Shown here in pieces: positions 52,061-64,000 of a DNA stretch of 64,000 nt (the first letter of the stretch is position 1; every line of letters begins with the position of its first letter). Source of the DNA: Marsupella aquatica (Eukaryota; Plantae; Marchantiophyta); contig OZ316896.1 of assembly GCA_973895155.1 (NCBI GenBank), positions 7,511,278-7,575,277 of the forward strand. Direction: 5' to 3'. The position numbers and the translations under genes were made by a program. The notes below the pieces were generated by a model. That model did no database searches and was not told where the DNA came from. It saw only the letters and a program-made list of their open reading frames with translations.

Positions 52061-55000
52061 GGTAATCCGCGTTCCCGAGGTAGTCTGGATCGCAATCAAG
52101 AAACTTGACCACGAGGACTATCTCAAGGAGCATCAGTTGGAGCAGTTCGCTCACTTGCTATGGAGACTGTGCGCGGCCGGGCCAAAGGAGATTTGTGAGT
52201 TCATCTCCAATTTCGACACCGACGCATCGACCACTAAGGTTTCAGGGCAAACCTTATCACTCACGGAGCATCGGTTAGCATAGATCTTTTGCCTTCGCAC
52301 CGGGCCGGTGCCGGTTGAACTCCAAATTTGGGATAAGGAGTATACACCTCGGCACTTTGTGGTGTGTCCCATGGCTCCCCAAACCCAAGAAACCCCCCCG
52401 CACAAGCCGATTCCCGTAGATTTCATCCTCGGCGAGGCCGTTTCCGTGGCTTAGCGGCATGGGACGCTGCTAATCTCCTCTACTACTACTATTAACATTT
52501 TACACACATATACTGGACAGATCCTTCATTGGGTCATGAGATACGTAGCCGGCCCAATCTAGGCCTTCCCTTGTCGTCCCCTCGCTTTCTTTAGGTATAT
52601 TTGGATTCCGCCGTCAGAATGATCCCCAATTGGCTTGGTTAAGCCGGTAAGACCTCTCTCAGCTCGACACATCCAACTCTCACTCCCTTGCTACTTCCCT
52701 TCATGATGTGGGCACTCTTCACACAAGTTAATGCGACACACAAATTGCAAAATGACTCCTTCTGACTGAGTTATACCATGCACTTGCCATACAAATAGTA
52801 CATCCCATACACAAGCTCTACGAACTAAGCCGTGAGGCCAACTCTATTCAGTTCTTAGGCATGAGGAAACATGAATATACACAAGGGTCACTGTATAACT
52901 AACCGAGAGCTTCTCTTACTACTTGATCCCAGCCCTGCTGGTGCAACTAAAAACTTGTTTAAAGAAGAGGCCCTGAACTCCCCGTAGCCCAGGTACTTAT
53001 CCTGGTTGTGGATCCGCCTGATTCCTTGCAGCGTAAGCCTAATCTACTTATCTGTAATCTACCTAACTGTAATCTACCTATGTACAGTGAGGTAGGAGCA
53101 CAAGTGTCGCCCTTACTCGTGGATCCGCAATCCCACTAACCTAAGTGTCAGGGCCGTCTCCTGGTCCTGATCCTTAGTCTAAACTTGGAGATCAGCGCCC
53201 GCCCTGCCCACTCACGCCTCCTACCTCCACGTCCGCCCTCCCTAAAAGGGACGGCTCCCTTACACCGTCACGACCCCGGTGGCTGGTCCTCAATGGACGC
53301 CCCCAACGCTTCCTCCGCAGCCACTGCCGTTGGTCCGTCCTCTGACAGATTACCTACCCCGGACCGAGTCAACTCTTCATCGGCCTGACTGGGTCCACCC
53401 TCGGCTTCGGCCTCAGCATCGGCCACGGCCTCCCCAGCATGTTCTAGTGGAGCATCTGGGACCTCGGCTTCACTACTGGTTGTCCCGGCCTCGGCCTTGC
53501 CATCCCCACTTCCTAGGACTGGTGGATCCACCCCCGTGTCGATGCCGGAGGTTGGTGTTGGGTTTATCTTCTTGGTCACAATGGCTTGAGAAGCCGTATA
53601 ACTCCCAGACCCAGAAGGTTTCCGCTTCTTCTTCCCTATTTCGACAGCTGGTCCCTTCCCCTTGCTACCTACCTCCAGCACCGGGGCGTGTGTCTCGGCT
53701 TGTCTTTCGGCCAGTACCCCTCCTGGTAACGGAGTTCCCACAATTGGAGTTGGACCAGATGAAGCTAAGCACTTAAATACTGCGGCCTGTTTCTTCAGCC
53801 GCTCCGTTTGGTTGTCGGCCCGCCGCTGTAAGTTCTCCATCTTCTTGGTGGTTTCCTCCAACTCCTCCTGGGCTTTCTCGAGGTCCTTCCGTCCCTCTTG
53901 CAACTCCTTTCTGGCTTCTTCCAATTCCAATTTTAAGGTAGCCCTCTCCTCCTGGGTTGCTCTTAGCTCCTTGTCGAGCTCTGCTACGACCTCAGACTCC
54001 ATCTTATTCATCTTGGCATAAGTCTGGTCGAGCTGGTCATCCTTTTCCCAAGCAGCCTTGCGGATTTCTTCTACGGTGGCAAGAGGGTTGCTTCTTTTTT
54101 TGGCAAGCCGCCTGATGTCCTCCGGCCAATCTCCTCCTGGTAAATCTTTCTCCCTAGCCAGGGCTGCTTTCTCTTCCTCCCTAAGTCGCTCCTGAAATTC
54201 TTGTGCCGTCTGCTTTATGCCGTCAAAGCTCGGGGGAGCAACCTCTGGTAGGGGAGACTCGGGGCTACTCTGCTGGGTGGGGTCCCCTCGAACTACTCTT
54301 GGAAGCATGGGGATAAATAGGCCACAGGTCCTTACTCCTAGAACATGATGATCCGACCCATAGCCGGAGTTATCATTGTTGTAGTCCTCCAACGCCTCCT
54401 CCACTGCTTGGACTCCCGGCTTCCCCCTCTGTTCCCCTGTTCCTGCCGTAAAAATGGCCTCACAGACCACGGGCTCTTTTTCCTCCTCTGGGTTCCAGGC
54501 TGTCCTCTCCCTCTGCTCTCCGCGGGAAGGAGCCTTAGGCTGCTCTGCCTCCGATTTGGGGCTTGAGGCTCCCACATACATTCGCACTCCCGGCTTGTGT
54601 TCCGGCCTCCTTCTCTCCTTGGCTCCGGTAAAGGGGTTTTCCCTCCTGAGTCGGCTTAGGCCGGCCTCTGGGGCAGTGTCCCATACCGGTGCCATTGCCG
54701 TACCATTGTCCGGTACCAGTGCCGTTGCCGTTGCTGGTGCCGTTCTCTCTTTCTCCAGCATTTTCAGCAGATTCTGCATGCCTGATTGCTGCATCGGCAA
54801 GTCTTCTTTCCTTGGCCGAAACACCTGCTCAATCGTAGGACTGGCAGGCTGGTTGGGCTCTTCTGTTGCCGGCCGCTGATCCGGAACCTCCTCCGGTGCC
54901 CTTGCTGATAGGGGAAGTACTAGGGCAAAGATTTGACTTCTGGCATACCGGTACAATAGCGGCATGTGATAGCCAAGCCGGGACACGCTTCCCACGCCAA

Positions 55001-57617
55001 TCGCCTACTGCTCCTCCTTCAAGATCTTCTTCAGTTGGCTGAGGAGGTACCCATTGTAATCCCGGCTTGGGTCTGGCGTTTCTGCCAGGTAGATCTGAGC
55101 CTTGCCGATCTCTGCCCTCGGCAAGTTACAATGCATGGTCACCCGCAAGAAATTGATCATCTCTCCGATGTGCGGGTTGGTGCAGGTGTTCCGGAAGAAG
55201 CCATTCTTCGTTGATCGTCCTGGGAACGACCGGAACTCCTTGTCAGGTAAGGTCTTCCTGGTATCAACCTTGGTCTTATTACCCATCAGCAAGCCAAACA
55301 CCTCGGCAATCACCCGGGGAGTGAGATAGAAATCCTTCCCATACACCCTCATGGAATTGGTCTCAGGTTCCCATGATCCCATGAATTCTAATAAGTCTGA
55401 GTCCGACACCTCCAGCTTCAGCCATGGTAATCTTACAAAGGTTTCCAAGCCGGATCCGGCCATGAAACCCTGGTACTTCTTGGTCTGCATGGCCGTAAAG
55501 CATGCATCCTCCTCCCGTGCAAAATGTAATTGCACTTCCTCTGGTAGGGTCGCCGCCAGCCTTTCCAGGTGTCATCCTTTGTTGGAATGGCATTGATGGG
55601 ATCAACCTCCTCCTCTTTGGCTTCTCCCTGCCTCCTGCTCTGTTGTTCTGCTGGCTTCCTTGGTGTCGCCGACCTCGTTCTTTTTGCCGGGGTGGCCTCT
55701 TCGTTGTTGTTTCCTTTCCTCTTCATCTCGGCTGCCGTGGATATTTCTCCTAGCACAGTTGCCTTTGTCCACCCCTCCGTGCTACCCTTCAACTCCCAGT
55801 GCATGTCGTTGCAGCGGTGGATGGCTTTCCGAATGCCAATGATTCTGTCTTCGCAAAACATAAGGTCATCAAGCTGATTGGCAGTAGGAGTCCACAAGAA
55901 CTCGGCCTTGATGAGTTCTCCTCCTAAGAAGGCAGACTTCTGTAGCTCCTACAGTCGAGCAAGCTCCTACTGTTCTCGAGCTGCTCTCTCTGATTCTTCA
56001 TCCTTGTAAGTCCCAATGTACTCAGTTGCCCGTTCGAACAGGCATCCCCAAAAATGTGCCGCTTGATTGATGTTGCTCATACCCTCCTTGACTCGATTGT
56101 TGGTATCTGTTCCCACCCAGAGTGCTTGCCTAAGCAGCTGACAGTATTTGGCCTCTCGTAGTCGTCTGCCCAGTTCGTGCTTGCAAATGAGCCACCATTC
56201 CTCATGAGCGGTCCTTACCCCTCTCCTCCTCCGGTCTCCCCTTCCGTTGGTCACCCCTAGCCGCCGACGCTTAGCATGCCTTAACCCTAATCTTGTTCTC
56301 CCCCCGGCGTCCTTACTTCCGGCCTCGGCCCGGGTTCCATAGTCACCCTTAATTGTTTATATTTTCCTTGTCTTGTTACTATACTAAGGTGTTTCCAGGG
56401 TACACTCCTGCTTTTACCATGTAAACCGGCCTAGTGATTCCTGGCTAGGCATCACACACTTCAAACCCGAAGGTAAGATGGACAATGGATACAAGCAGGG
56501 GTCGTGCAGCAACTTAATCTGCATGGAGCGGCTTAACTTCATACGGACTACCCTACACATGATTGAGCCACGATCCAAGATTTCCCTCTGCACGATCGTG
56601 CAGGTGGAACAGTACAAACGGCGGAACTGGGCCCAATTCTTTTACCAAAGGTTCTTGGGAGAGCTTAAGCGGGCTCAGGGAGGTATGGCTATCGGGGGGA
56701 AGACTTACTTGGGAAGTCATATCGCCATCATCCTCACCTGGTACAAGGCACGGCGGGAGGCCAGGGGAAAGAATATGGCCACCTCACCTCAGCCCCCAGT
56801 ACAACCACCTCCAATCCCTCCACCACCTGAAGAAACCTTCCCCTCCCCAGCGCAGACTACGGAGGAGCTCGTTGCCCCGCCCGAGGAACCACCGGTACCC
56901 GAGAGGATGGAGGACTACCAAGTAGCCCCAGGGACCATGGCCTACGACCTGGTCCAGAAGTTTAGTCAGACTCTATCAGGGGAGCTGACGACGTACATCG
57001 GACAACAAGTCTCGGCGTACTTTCAACCAGCCTTCTTCATGTTAGAGCACCAACCACGGATCGTAAGCCAGTTGGAAGAAGAACTCATGGCGAAGGGGAA
57101 TGAGATCGGGCGCCTCCAAATGCTGGTAGAACACCTCGAGGAGGAGGCCACTACCCGCCATGAGGAGTTCGTCCGCACCTTCGAGCAGCGGGATGGACTA
57201 ACCCAGGAGTTAAGTAGGGCGCAAGCGGATCTCAAGAAGCTGGATGACATCGTGCTTCAGTTGCGCTCGGAATCCTTGGCTCGGGTTACCAACCTGACCG
57301 ACCTCAACAACCAATTCCTAAAAGCAGCTCTGCAAGTAGCTAGTCTCTCCGCCAAACGGGATAAATTGCTGACGCAGGACCAGACCCATCACGACTCCAT
57401 TAACCAGCTCAACCTGGAGATAGCACGGCTCCAGACAGAGGCCGATGAAGCTGCAAACGAGGCTGAGGAGGCGGTGCGGGACAACAAGGCCTTACAAGAC
57501 CGCATTACCCTGCTCGTCCTCCAGCGGGGAAGACCTGGGCCGACCTCTGATCAAGGCTGCTCGAGGTCTCACCCCGACAGAGGGACAAACCCTGGTCCGA
57601 CCACGGCTCGCACGTAA
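52061..57617 (+). pseudogene. Family-D ORF, distant homologue of the family-A protein (accessory domain + Pro-rich linker + coiled coil), split by A3
   Basis: Removing A3 and one CACTT gives ...EYTPRHF|KPEGKMDNGY in frame. EFISNFDTDASTTKVSGQTLSLTEHRLA*IFCL aligns with EFVGSWEPETNCTRIYGKDFYLTPKVIAEVFGL. Confidence 0.8.
52358..56456 (-). mobile_element. Family-A element, complete copy A3 (4099 bp) with decayed ORF (53268 to about 56340)
   Basis: Ends TGTGGTGT...GCATCACA; exact TSD CACTT (52353-52357 and 56457-56461); colinear with A2. Confidence 0.95.
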
Positions 57618-59260
57618 GGGGTGGTTAGCGAAGGGAGGAAGCAGGCGCCGCGCAAGGCGGTTGAGTCAGCGGCATCTTTTGGTTAGGCGTAACGACAGAA
57701 TAGCTATCATTAGGCACCGATTAGTGGCACAGTAGGAAGAATTAGGACCGGATCAATTAGGATCAGCCAACATAGGATAGAGTCCATCAACGGACTAGAT
57801 TTTGGTCAGTAGACTTAGCTGCTACCATTCCGGTCAGTGCCCTTGTCATCAATGGTCAACCGGTCAAAGGAGTGCGGCCGGCTAGTCAGAGGGTAGTTAG
57901 TCAGTAGGCATTACCCCCGAAAGGTAGTATCTTCTGGTTCCTTTCCGCAACCGTAGTATTTAGGCTCTTCCTTCCGCTCTGGGAGGGGGAGGAGGTGTAG
58001 TTATCTCAGCGTAAGGAAAGGCGAGGCACGGGGAGTCCCGGCCTGAGTAGGGTCAGAGCGCACCAAGGAGTGAGAGCCAGAGTTGAGCTTGCTGGGCAAG
58101 TGCAGGGCAGGGCCTTGTAGAGACTGGGCATCGACTACCATTGGGCCTGCTGACCCCCTTAGAAGTCGAGTCAACTATGTAAACTGATTCTTCGTTGAGT
58201 AAATGTAGTCTTTTCCCTCTAATGTTTCTGCGAGTAACTGGGGTTGTGTGTATGCTTTGTCTGGGCAAAGGCGCCATTTCAAGGGACGTACCGGGTGCGG
58301 ACTAATGGTAGGGATTGCCACCCATTGCATGTCACAAGGTCCTGTTGCGTCGAAAGCCCCAAGCCGGGAGTTAGTCCGAGTCACTAACTGTGGGAATATT
58401 CCAGCGGTGGAAAACAAATATACCTATGACTAGTACGAGTTGTGTGAGTGTTATACCAGTAAGTATAACACCATGACATTGACCCTACACTAGGCACTCC
58501 TGCTAGGAGCCACATATCTTGGATTTGATTGAGGCTGGATGGAACACAAACTTGAGATAGAGCTTTTTGATGGTTTCACGTGGACTTAACAATTTTCAGA
58601 GTGCTAAAACATGTGGACTATTTATATGCAGTTTGATGAACTCCTCATGTATACACACTCTACGATACTGCATTGCCGATTAAGGCAATTAATTTTGAGA
58701 AATCAACTTTACATATCTTTTCCAGGGTAGGATTCCGATTTTCATGCATGTGCTTTGAGTGTGACTCGGGTCATTGTTGATGTCTAAACTTCACTTGTAA
58801 ATTTGTCACTGGTGTCACAAACGTTACTTATTCCAAACCTGTCTGCTCACATTCCTAATAGGCAAACAAATACTGGAAATGATGAAGGCACAAAGATTTA
58901 TGTTCATAGTATCATTCTGATGACACTGTACGTGATGCTCTATTTGTATGCAAGAAGGAGAAGGTGCCTCACTACAGTGGATTTGAGAAACTGGGCTCTG
59001 TGGGTTTGAGCAATTGGACTGTGGTTGGCATCGGTTGTACAACTGTGACGGTAGGCCCAATTTTGTATGCATGTCACACTGATTCAGTTTGAAAATCATA
59101 GTTTGAATACAATTTCAATCAAGCTAGCATGGCACAATTGCCACAAAATACGTTAGGTGTGGGTAGAACTCCAAAGTTGCCGCTCTTCCATCCAACTAGA
59201 GTACAACATCGTGATGATGCTTTGCGGGTTTGAGAACAGAAGCCCTGCCACAAGAGTGGG

Positions 59261-59500
59261 TGTCACGCGATTGACATGGGTCTTAACACCAAAAACGTCA
59301 CTATGGGTGCCAAAACCATCTCCTTGTACCCGAGGATCACGAAGGGATGTTGTGAAGGCCGGTAAACACCAATTTATGCCCTTAACACCAGACTATCATA
59401 GCAAGACTCTATCACACATCACCCCAGCTCAATCCCAAGGAACCAAGGTTGGGGATCAGTTCTGCGCTCATGATAGTTCTGGTGAGAAGGGGTCTTCATA
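59261..59500. mobile_element. Family-B element fragment B3 (first 240 bp), cut by a CACTA insertion
   Basis: TGTCACGCGATTGACATGGGTC... near-identical to 18083-18323. Confidence 0.93.
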
Positions 59501-62500
59501 CACTAGAAGAATCCGAGGTGAACTGAGACCGCAATATATGACTCATTTTGGCTCATGTGACTTCATTGTGACTCAACGTGACTTGACCCACGCTGTGACC
59601 CTTGGAGTTGCAAAAGTTGAGACCAAAAAATGGAAGTCACTATTGATACTGGGCTTTGCAACTTGCTTGATACCCATTTGTGACTGATCTGTGACTTTAT
59701 TGTGGAGTCAACTTGTTTCGACGTGACTGCAATATGACTTCAGCGAGTCACATCGTAAGTCACATACATGACTTACCCGCATTCAACAACGACTAGCGTG
59801 TGACTATTTAGTGTCACAGGAGAGACCAATGGAGACCCTGGCCCGCGTCACACAACAGAACCATTTGGGACTCTATATACTCATGTTTATAACTAATAAG
59901 GTTCACATGCAAGTTATAACCATGACTAATGAACACAGAGGGACCGTTCATAAGGAGAGAGAGCACTCGACATTACAATACATAGAAACCTGATGTTCTA
60001 ACTTTAGAAATATAACACATTGAATACAAGAAATGAACATAGCATGAATGACATCCACATGAAACAAAGCATCATATAAGCAGATCCTACATAAAACATT
60101 CATAAGAATTAAACACAATCACAATCTTGCTAAAAAATGAAGATCATTTGAATTCCAATGGAATAGTTTACAATGTGATCAATGTAATTTAGACAAAACA
60201 GGAACTCATAATTGATGACTGTAGGATGAGATAACTGAAAGCACATGCATGATACTATGAATCTCCAAGAGGACATGATTCTTGTACTGCTTCTTGACAT
60301 CTAAAATCTACATAACATGACTCACACTACAAACAAATAATGGCATGACATTGTTATGGATCCTCTATGAACTTGCTTGGCCATAATACCAAAGAACCTG
60401 CAGCATCTCCAAGTGTCTTTTGAGGAGGATCATCATTTGTGTTTGGAATGGGAAGGACAGCTTTAGGTTTCACTAGTAATGTGACTAACACTACTGAATA
60501 ACCTGGGGGAATCCTCTTGCCATGGAACGTTGTGGAACCAACCTGCACTCTGGCAAATCCTACTCGTGTTCCACTCTCATCAACAGCTAACAAGCCACTT
60601 TGTCCCTCAGCATTAGGTGCTTTCCCCACTTCCACCTTAGATCTTTCTGCCAGCACTGTTCTTGGAGGTTTGTATGAAACCTTTGACGTGGCTCTGCTCC
60701 CACCAGCAGACTTGCTTCATGTGCGCATGCTTCCTCTCTTCACAGTAGTGAAGCTAGGCTCAGTAGGTTCCTCTGTTAGGACTGTCACAGTAGCAGGTTC
60801 ATCACCTGGGAGTGTCATACCAACTAACTCTTTGGTTGGATTTATCTCAACAAGAGGCACACCTGTCATTGAGAATGATACATTCTGCAAATCATTTATC
60901 TCTACAATGGAGTCAAGATCTACATAGCATGAATCTGGCTCAATGGTATCATTGTCATGCTTGCTGATATCCTCATTTGCCCCAACATTGATATCATCCA
61001 CTTCCTTGCCAATGTCATCCTCATCCAAACATGGTTGACTGCCCTCTGTCAAACAAGTTGCTTGTACAGACTGCAACTTTGTTGCCTCTAAATTACAGCG
61101 AGTATTTGCCAGGTTCTCATACTTCTTCTCTGTAGCACCTGTCTTATTCTCTATGGACACAACAACCACAATATATGTTACTAAAAATAACACATTCAAC
61201 AAACAATGTCAATTCAAACTATACATTTAATAATCATATCCCACACAGTTGTAAAGGCCTTACCTTCAAGCCTACATGTCGTTGGCATGCCAGAAGAGTG
61301 CATCGACTTTGCCACCTCAAGTGGTGATGGTGGAACTCCTGCAGAATTGGAATCAATTTTATCTCTCACCGACACAACAGCTTCCATTAATGTCTTGAAG
61401 TTCACATGGAACAAGTCAGTCAATGAATTCAAACGTTCATTGATCTCTGGAAGACATGTTTCGACAGCTTTCAAACGACCACTTATCTCTGTAAGTGAAG
61501 ATCCACCTCCCTACATGACACAGGGGTATAGGTTCAATCACTCCATATGAAATGTTGGGCAATATATGCACAATCAATGTTATATACAGTGTACACCTGA
61601 AATTCAACGCAGGTCATTCAATTACCAATCAGAACTCATATAACTTACATGCTTGGAGGATTCAGATGCACCCTCTTGAGCCCGGGTGTTCACAATTTCA
61701 GCCCTCAACTCTTCTTTTGAAGGGCTTTGCCCCAATTGGGCTTTCTGCACATGCATGGCAAACACAAGTTATCGATCAATATTCAGGGAACGTACACTAA
61801 AAAACAAAGTTTACATGTATGGGTTTACACTAAAAAATAGTACATAGTGTAGCATAAATTACATAGCTAGGCCATTCATTCTTACCAAACGTTTAGCTGT
61901 CGGTGCAGTGCCGGTCCTTCCTGTCAGATTAGGGTTCTGAACACTCAACCTGGCCTCGGTCATCTGTGAACTCTTCTTTTTTGAAGCATCTGTTACAAAA
62001 TAAGCTACTAACCTTGCCCACACTTTATCATCACAACTGGCTGGTGGAGGCATATCTGGCTTCTCCCCACCTTCCTTCCAAGCCTTATGCATTCTCCACC
62101 TCTCTTGCTTGATAATTTTACCTGCTGTACTCTCTAGGCAACCTATGTCCACGCCATCATCACTGCCCACATAATTCCATTTGGCAGCAACATTTTCACA
62201 TACAGTCTTCCAATCTTTTGGATGTTGTTTTTTAAAATTAATAACACTCACATCTAACCAACGCAATACTTCAGCTTTCAAATCAGCATGCCATCGGTTC
62301 TTGCGAGGACACTCCACCCATTGTCTCTCATTCAACTTTACGTTCCCTTTCTTTGTCACCTCCCCTCGTGCACTGCTCTCGGTAGTACTGGGCGTTGTAT
62401 TGGCCACCCCTTCATTCACCCTACCTGGGGTTCTGAAGCCACCTGGGAAAATACAATGCCATTCATGCTTGAGAACTACATATAGCAGAATGGATGACGG

Positions 62501-64000
62501 CAACATTCAATGCTTCACTTCAAGAAAAATTCTTCAAACATACATACCTGTAGCTCTGCCTGTAGATGCCTGTGCAGGGACTGCACTCTGAAATTGTTGC
62601 GACCCTGGACCACCTGTCCAGCCTAGTATAGGGGCCGGATGATGTCACTTTCTAGGTATGTGTGTGCAAACATATGTACTGAAAACTAAGTACAAACTGT
62701 AGGAAAACAACTGAACATTCACCGACATACCTGTCCCCCTTCCGTGCTGCATCTGCATAGGGGCATTAGTGAATACTTGAGTCGATGGTTCGACTGTCCA
62801 ACCTGCACACATACATTTTCTATCATTATACATGTGCAGAGTCCCCCCCACGTGAATGGACTCCACATATAATGAGTTCTTCCATTGCTGACAAGATCAG
62901 ACATTACCTGCTCCTCTTCCAGCGTTTGTAGGTACTGAATTTTTATATCCCTGCCAATTACCTTCACCACCTTCCCAACCTTGTTCATTCCACGACCCAC
63001 CACCATCCTCCCAACCTGGTTCAACCCATGTCTGTCCTTGTGGACATTGGAACTGATCATTACTAGCATTTGCCCAATCAGGTTGGGCAGAATCTGCATG
63101 CAATGGCAGGTGGACAGAATTTCATGTTGTCTGAATCCAATACATCCCAAACAATGTCAAAAATTGATATGCAGTCTGAAATTCAGGAGTGCCATGCCTT
63201 CACAAAGAACTGGCATATAGATATATACTCACATCCCCATGGTTGAGGTGGACGTCCATACCCACGAGATTGTGGGTTTGGACCTGCTCTGCCTCTACCA
63301 CGGGCATAACCTAGAGCTTGCCCCCTGCCATAGTATTGGGCACCAGCCTGGGATCTACCACTACTACCACCTCGCCAACCTTGATCAGAGGTCAGCCCCC
63401 CTGCTGGTATGGTGCATGCACAGGCTTCGAAGGCAAAACAGAACTGGCAGGACGCTGCATCACATCACCAACTACAATGTCAGGAACTAAGCAAGGTACA
63501 TATGTGTAGTACTGAACATATGAAACCTCTAAACAAGAGTTTTTAACTCAAAACCTTGTTGGGAAAACTACTTACATGTTTCTTTTGGGGCTGCTCTGCA
63601 ATGTATTCATCTTCATAACCCCCATCCTCATCCATTTCCTCTGGAAAATACTCATCATCTACATCTTCTTGTCTAGTGTCTGCACCCACCTGTGCAGCAT
63701 CAATGTCATCTCCACATTCTGCCATTGTAGGTACGACCTTCTTGCTCAACCTGTCACTCCGACGCACAGGCCCAGAGATAGTGCTGGTCACCCTTCTTGC
63801 GTACTCCTTTTGTTTCTTTGAAAATGCTGTGGCTCTGCGACATTCCAATATGAGAATACAATCACAATTTCAGTGCCACATTGAACTATTCATGTCACAC
63901 AAACTCAGCGGAGGGGTGTAGTTGAGAATCGTTCCCTTACAATTCAGCCACATCCTTTTCCAGATCCAGTTCTGCGATTTTGGCTTTCACGTATGCTCGT
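59501..64000 (-). mobile_element. CACTA (En/Spm) transposon, 3' end; continues beyond the window
   Basis: Terminus CACTAGAAGAATC exactly at the B3 breakpoint; TGTGAC/GTCACA subterminal repeats 59530-59860. Confidence 0.88.
60354..63848 (-). CDS. Multi-exon TnpA-like CACTA accessory protein
   Basis: WARLVAYF...KKKSSQMTEARLSVQNPNLTGRTG (Ptta/En/Spm Transposase_24-like); C-terminal FHGKRIPPGYSVVLV...LPIP...TLGDAAGSLVLWP (Tnp1/En/Spm-like). Exon boundaries not fully resolved. Confidence 0.75.

Larger units (their letters stand above)
51585..58480 (+). mobile_element. Family-D element (starts TGTGATGCC), interrupted by A3; far end not resolved
   Basis: Same terminal 9-mer as families A and B; conserved hairpin motif at 58398-58426 in the matching orientation. 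Confidence 0.7.

Noticed and set aside
32194-56456. A2 and A3 as the two LTRs of one 24-kb retrotransposon
   Set aside because: Separate TSDs (AGCAT, CACTT), and each restores a different host ORF when removed.
58597-58603. CA followed by GAGTG as the far end and TSD of element D
   Set aside because: It matches the 5-mer before 51585, but the end lacks a family-like terminus and family-C coding sequence does not resume after it.

Overview
Eukaryotic, plant-like DNA (GT-AG introns, Bianca-type Copia, CACTA elements; a non-seed plant such as a bryophyte is a guess) made almost entirely of nested, decayed transposable elements. No intact host gene, RNA gene or CRISPR array was found. (1) About 1952-28566 is a multi-gene DNA-transposon-like block with a MULE/SWIM transposase, a second Sola/DUF7869-like DDE transposase, and two spliced genes encoding ParB/Srx-like domains followed by degenerate amino-methyltransferase-like regions. 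Two families of palindromic sites (TAGCGCC-N-GGCGCTA and TCTACACGA-N3-TCGYGTAGA) are scattered through its introns and intergenic DNA, which suggests a parS/VANC-like self-recognition system. (2) Four related families (A-D) of TG...CA elements share a terminus and a conserved hairpin; the four complete copies have exact 5-bp TSDs and look like giant solo LTRs. Three of the families carry long ORFs. (3) The rest is a truncated Bianca Copia, two CACTA ends, a 577-bp satellite, a 3.7-kb TIR element with a 4-bp TSD and a small solo LTR. Domain calls come from motif recognition by eye, not from database searches.
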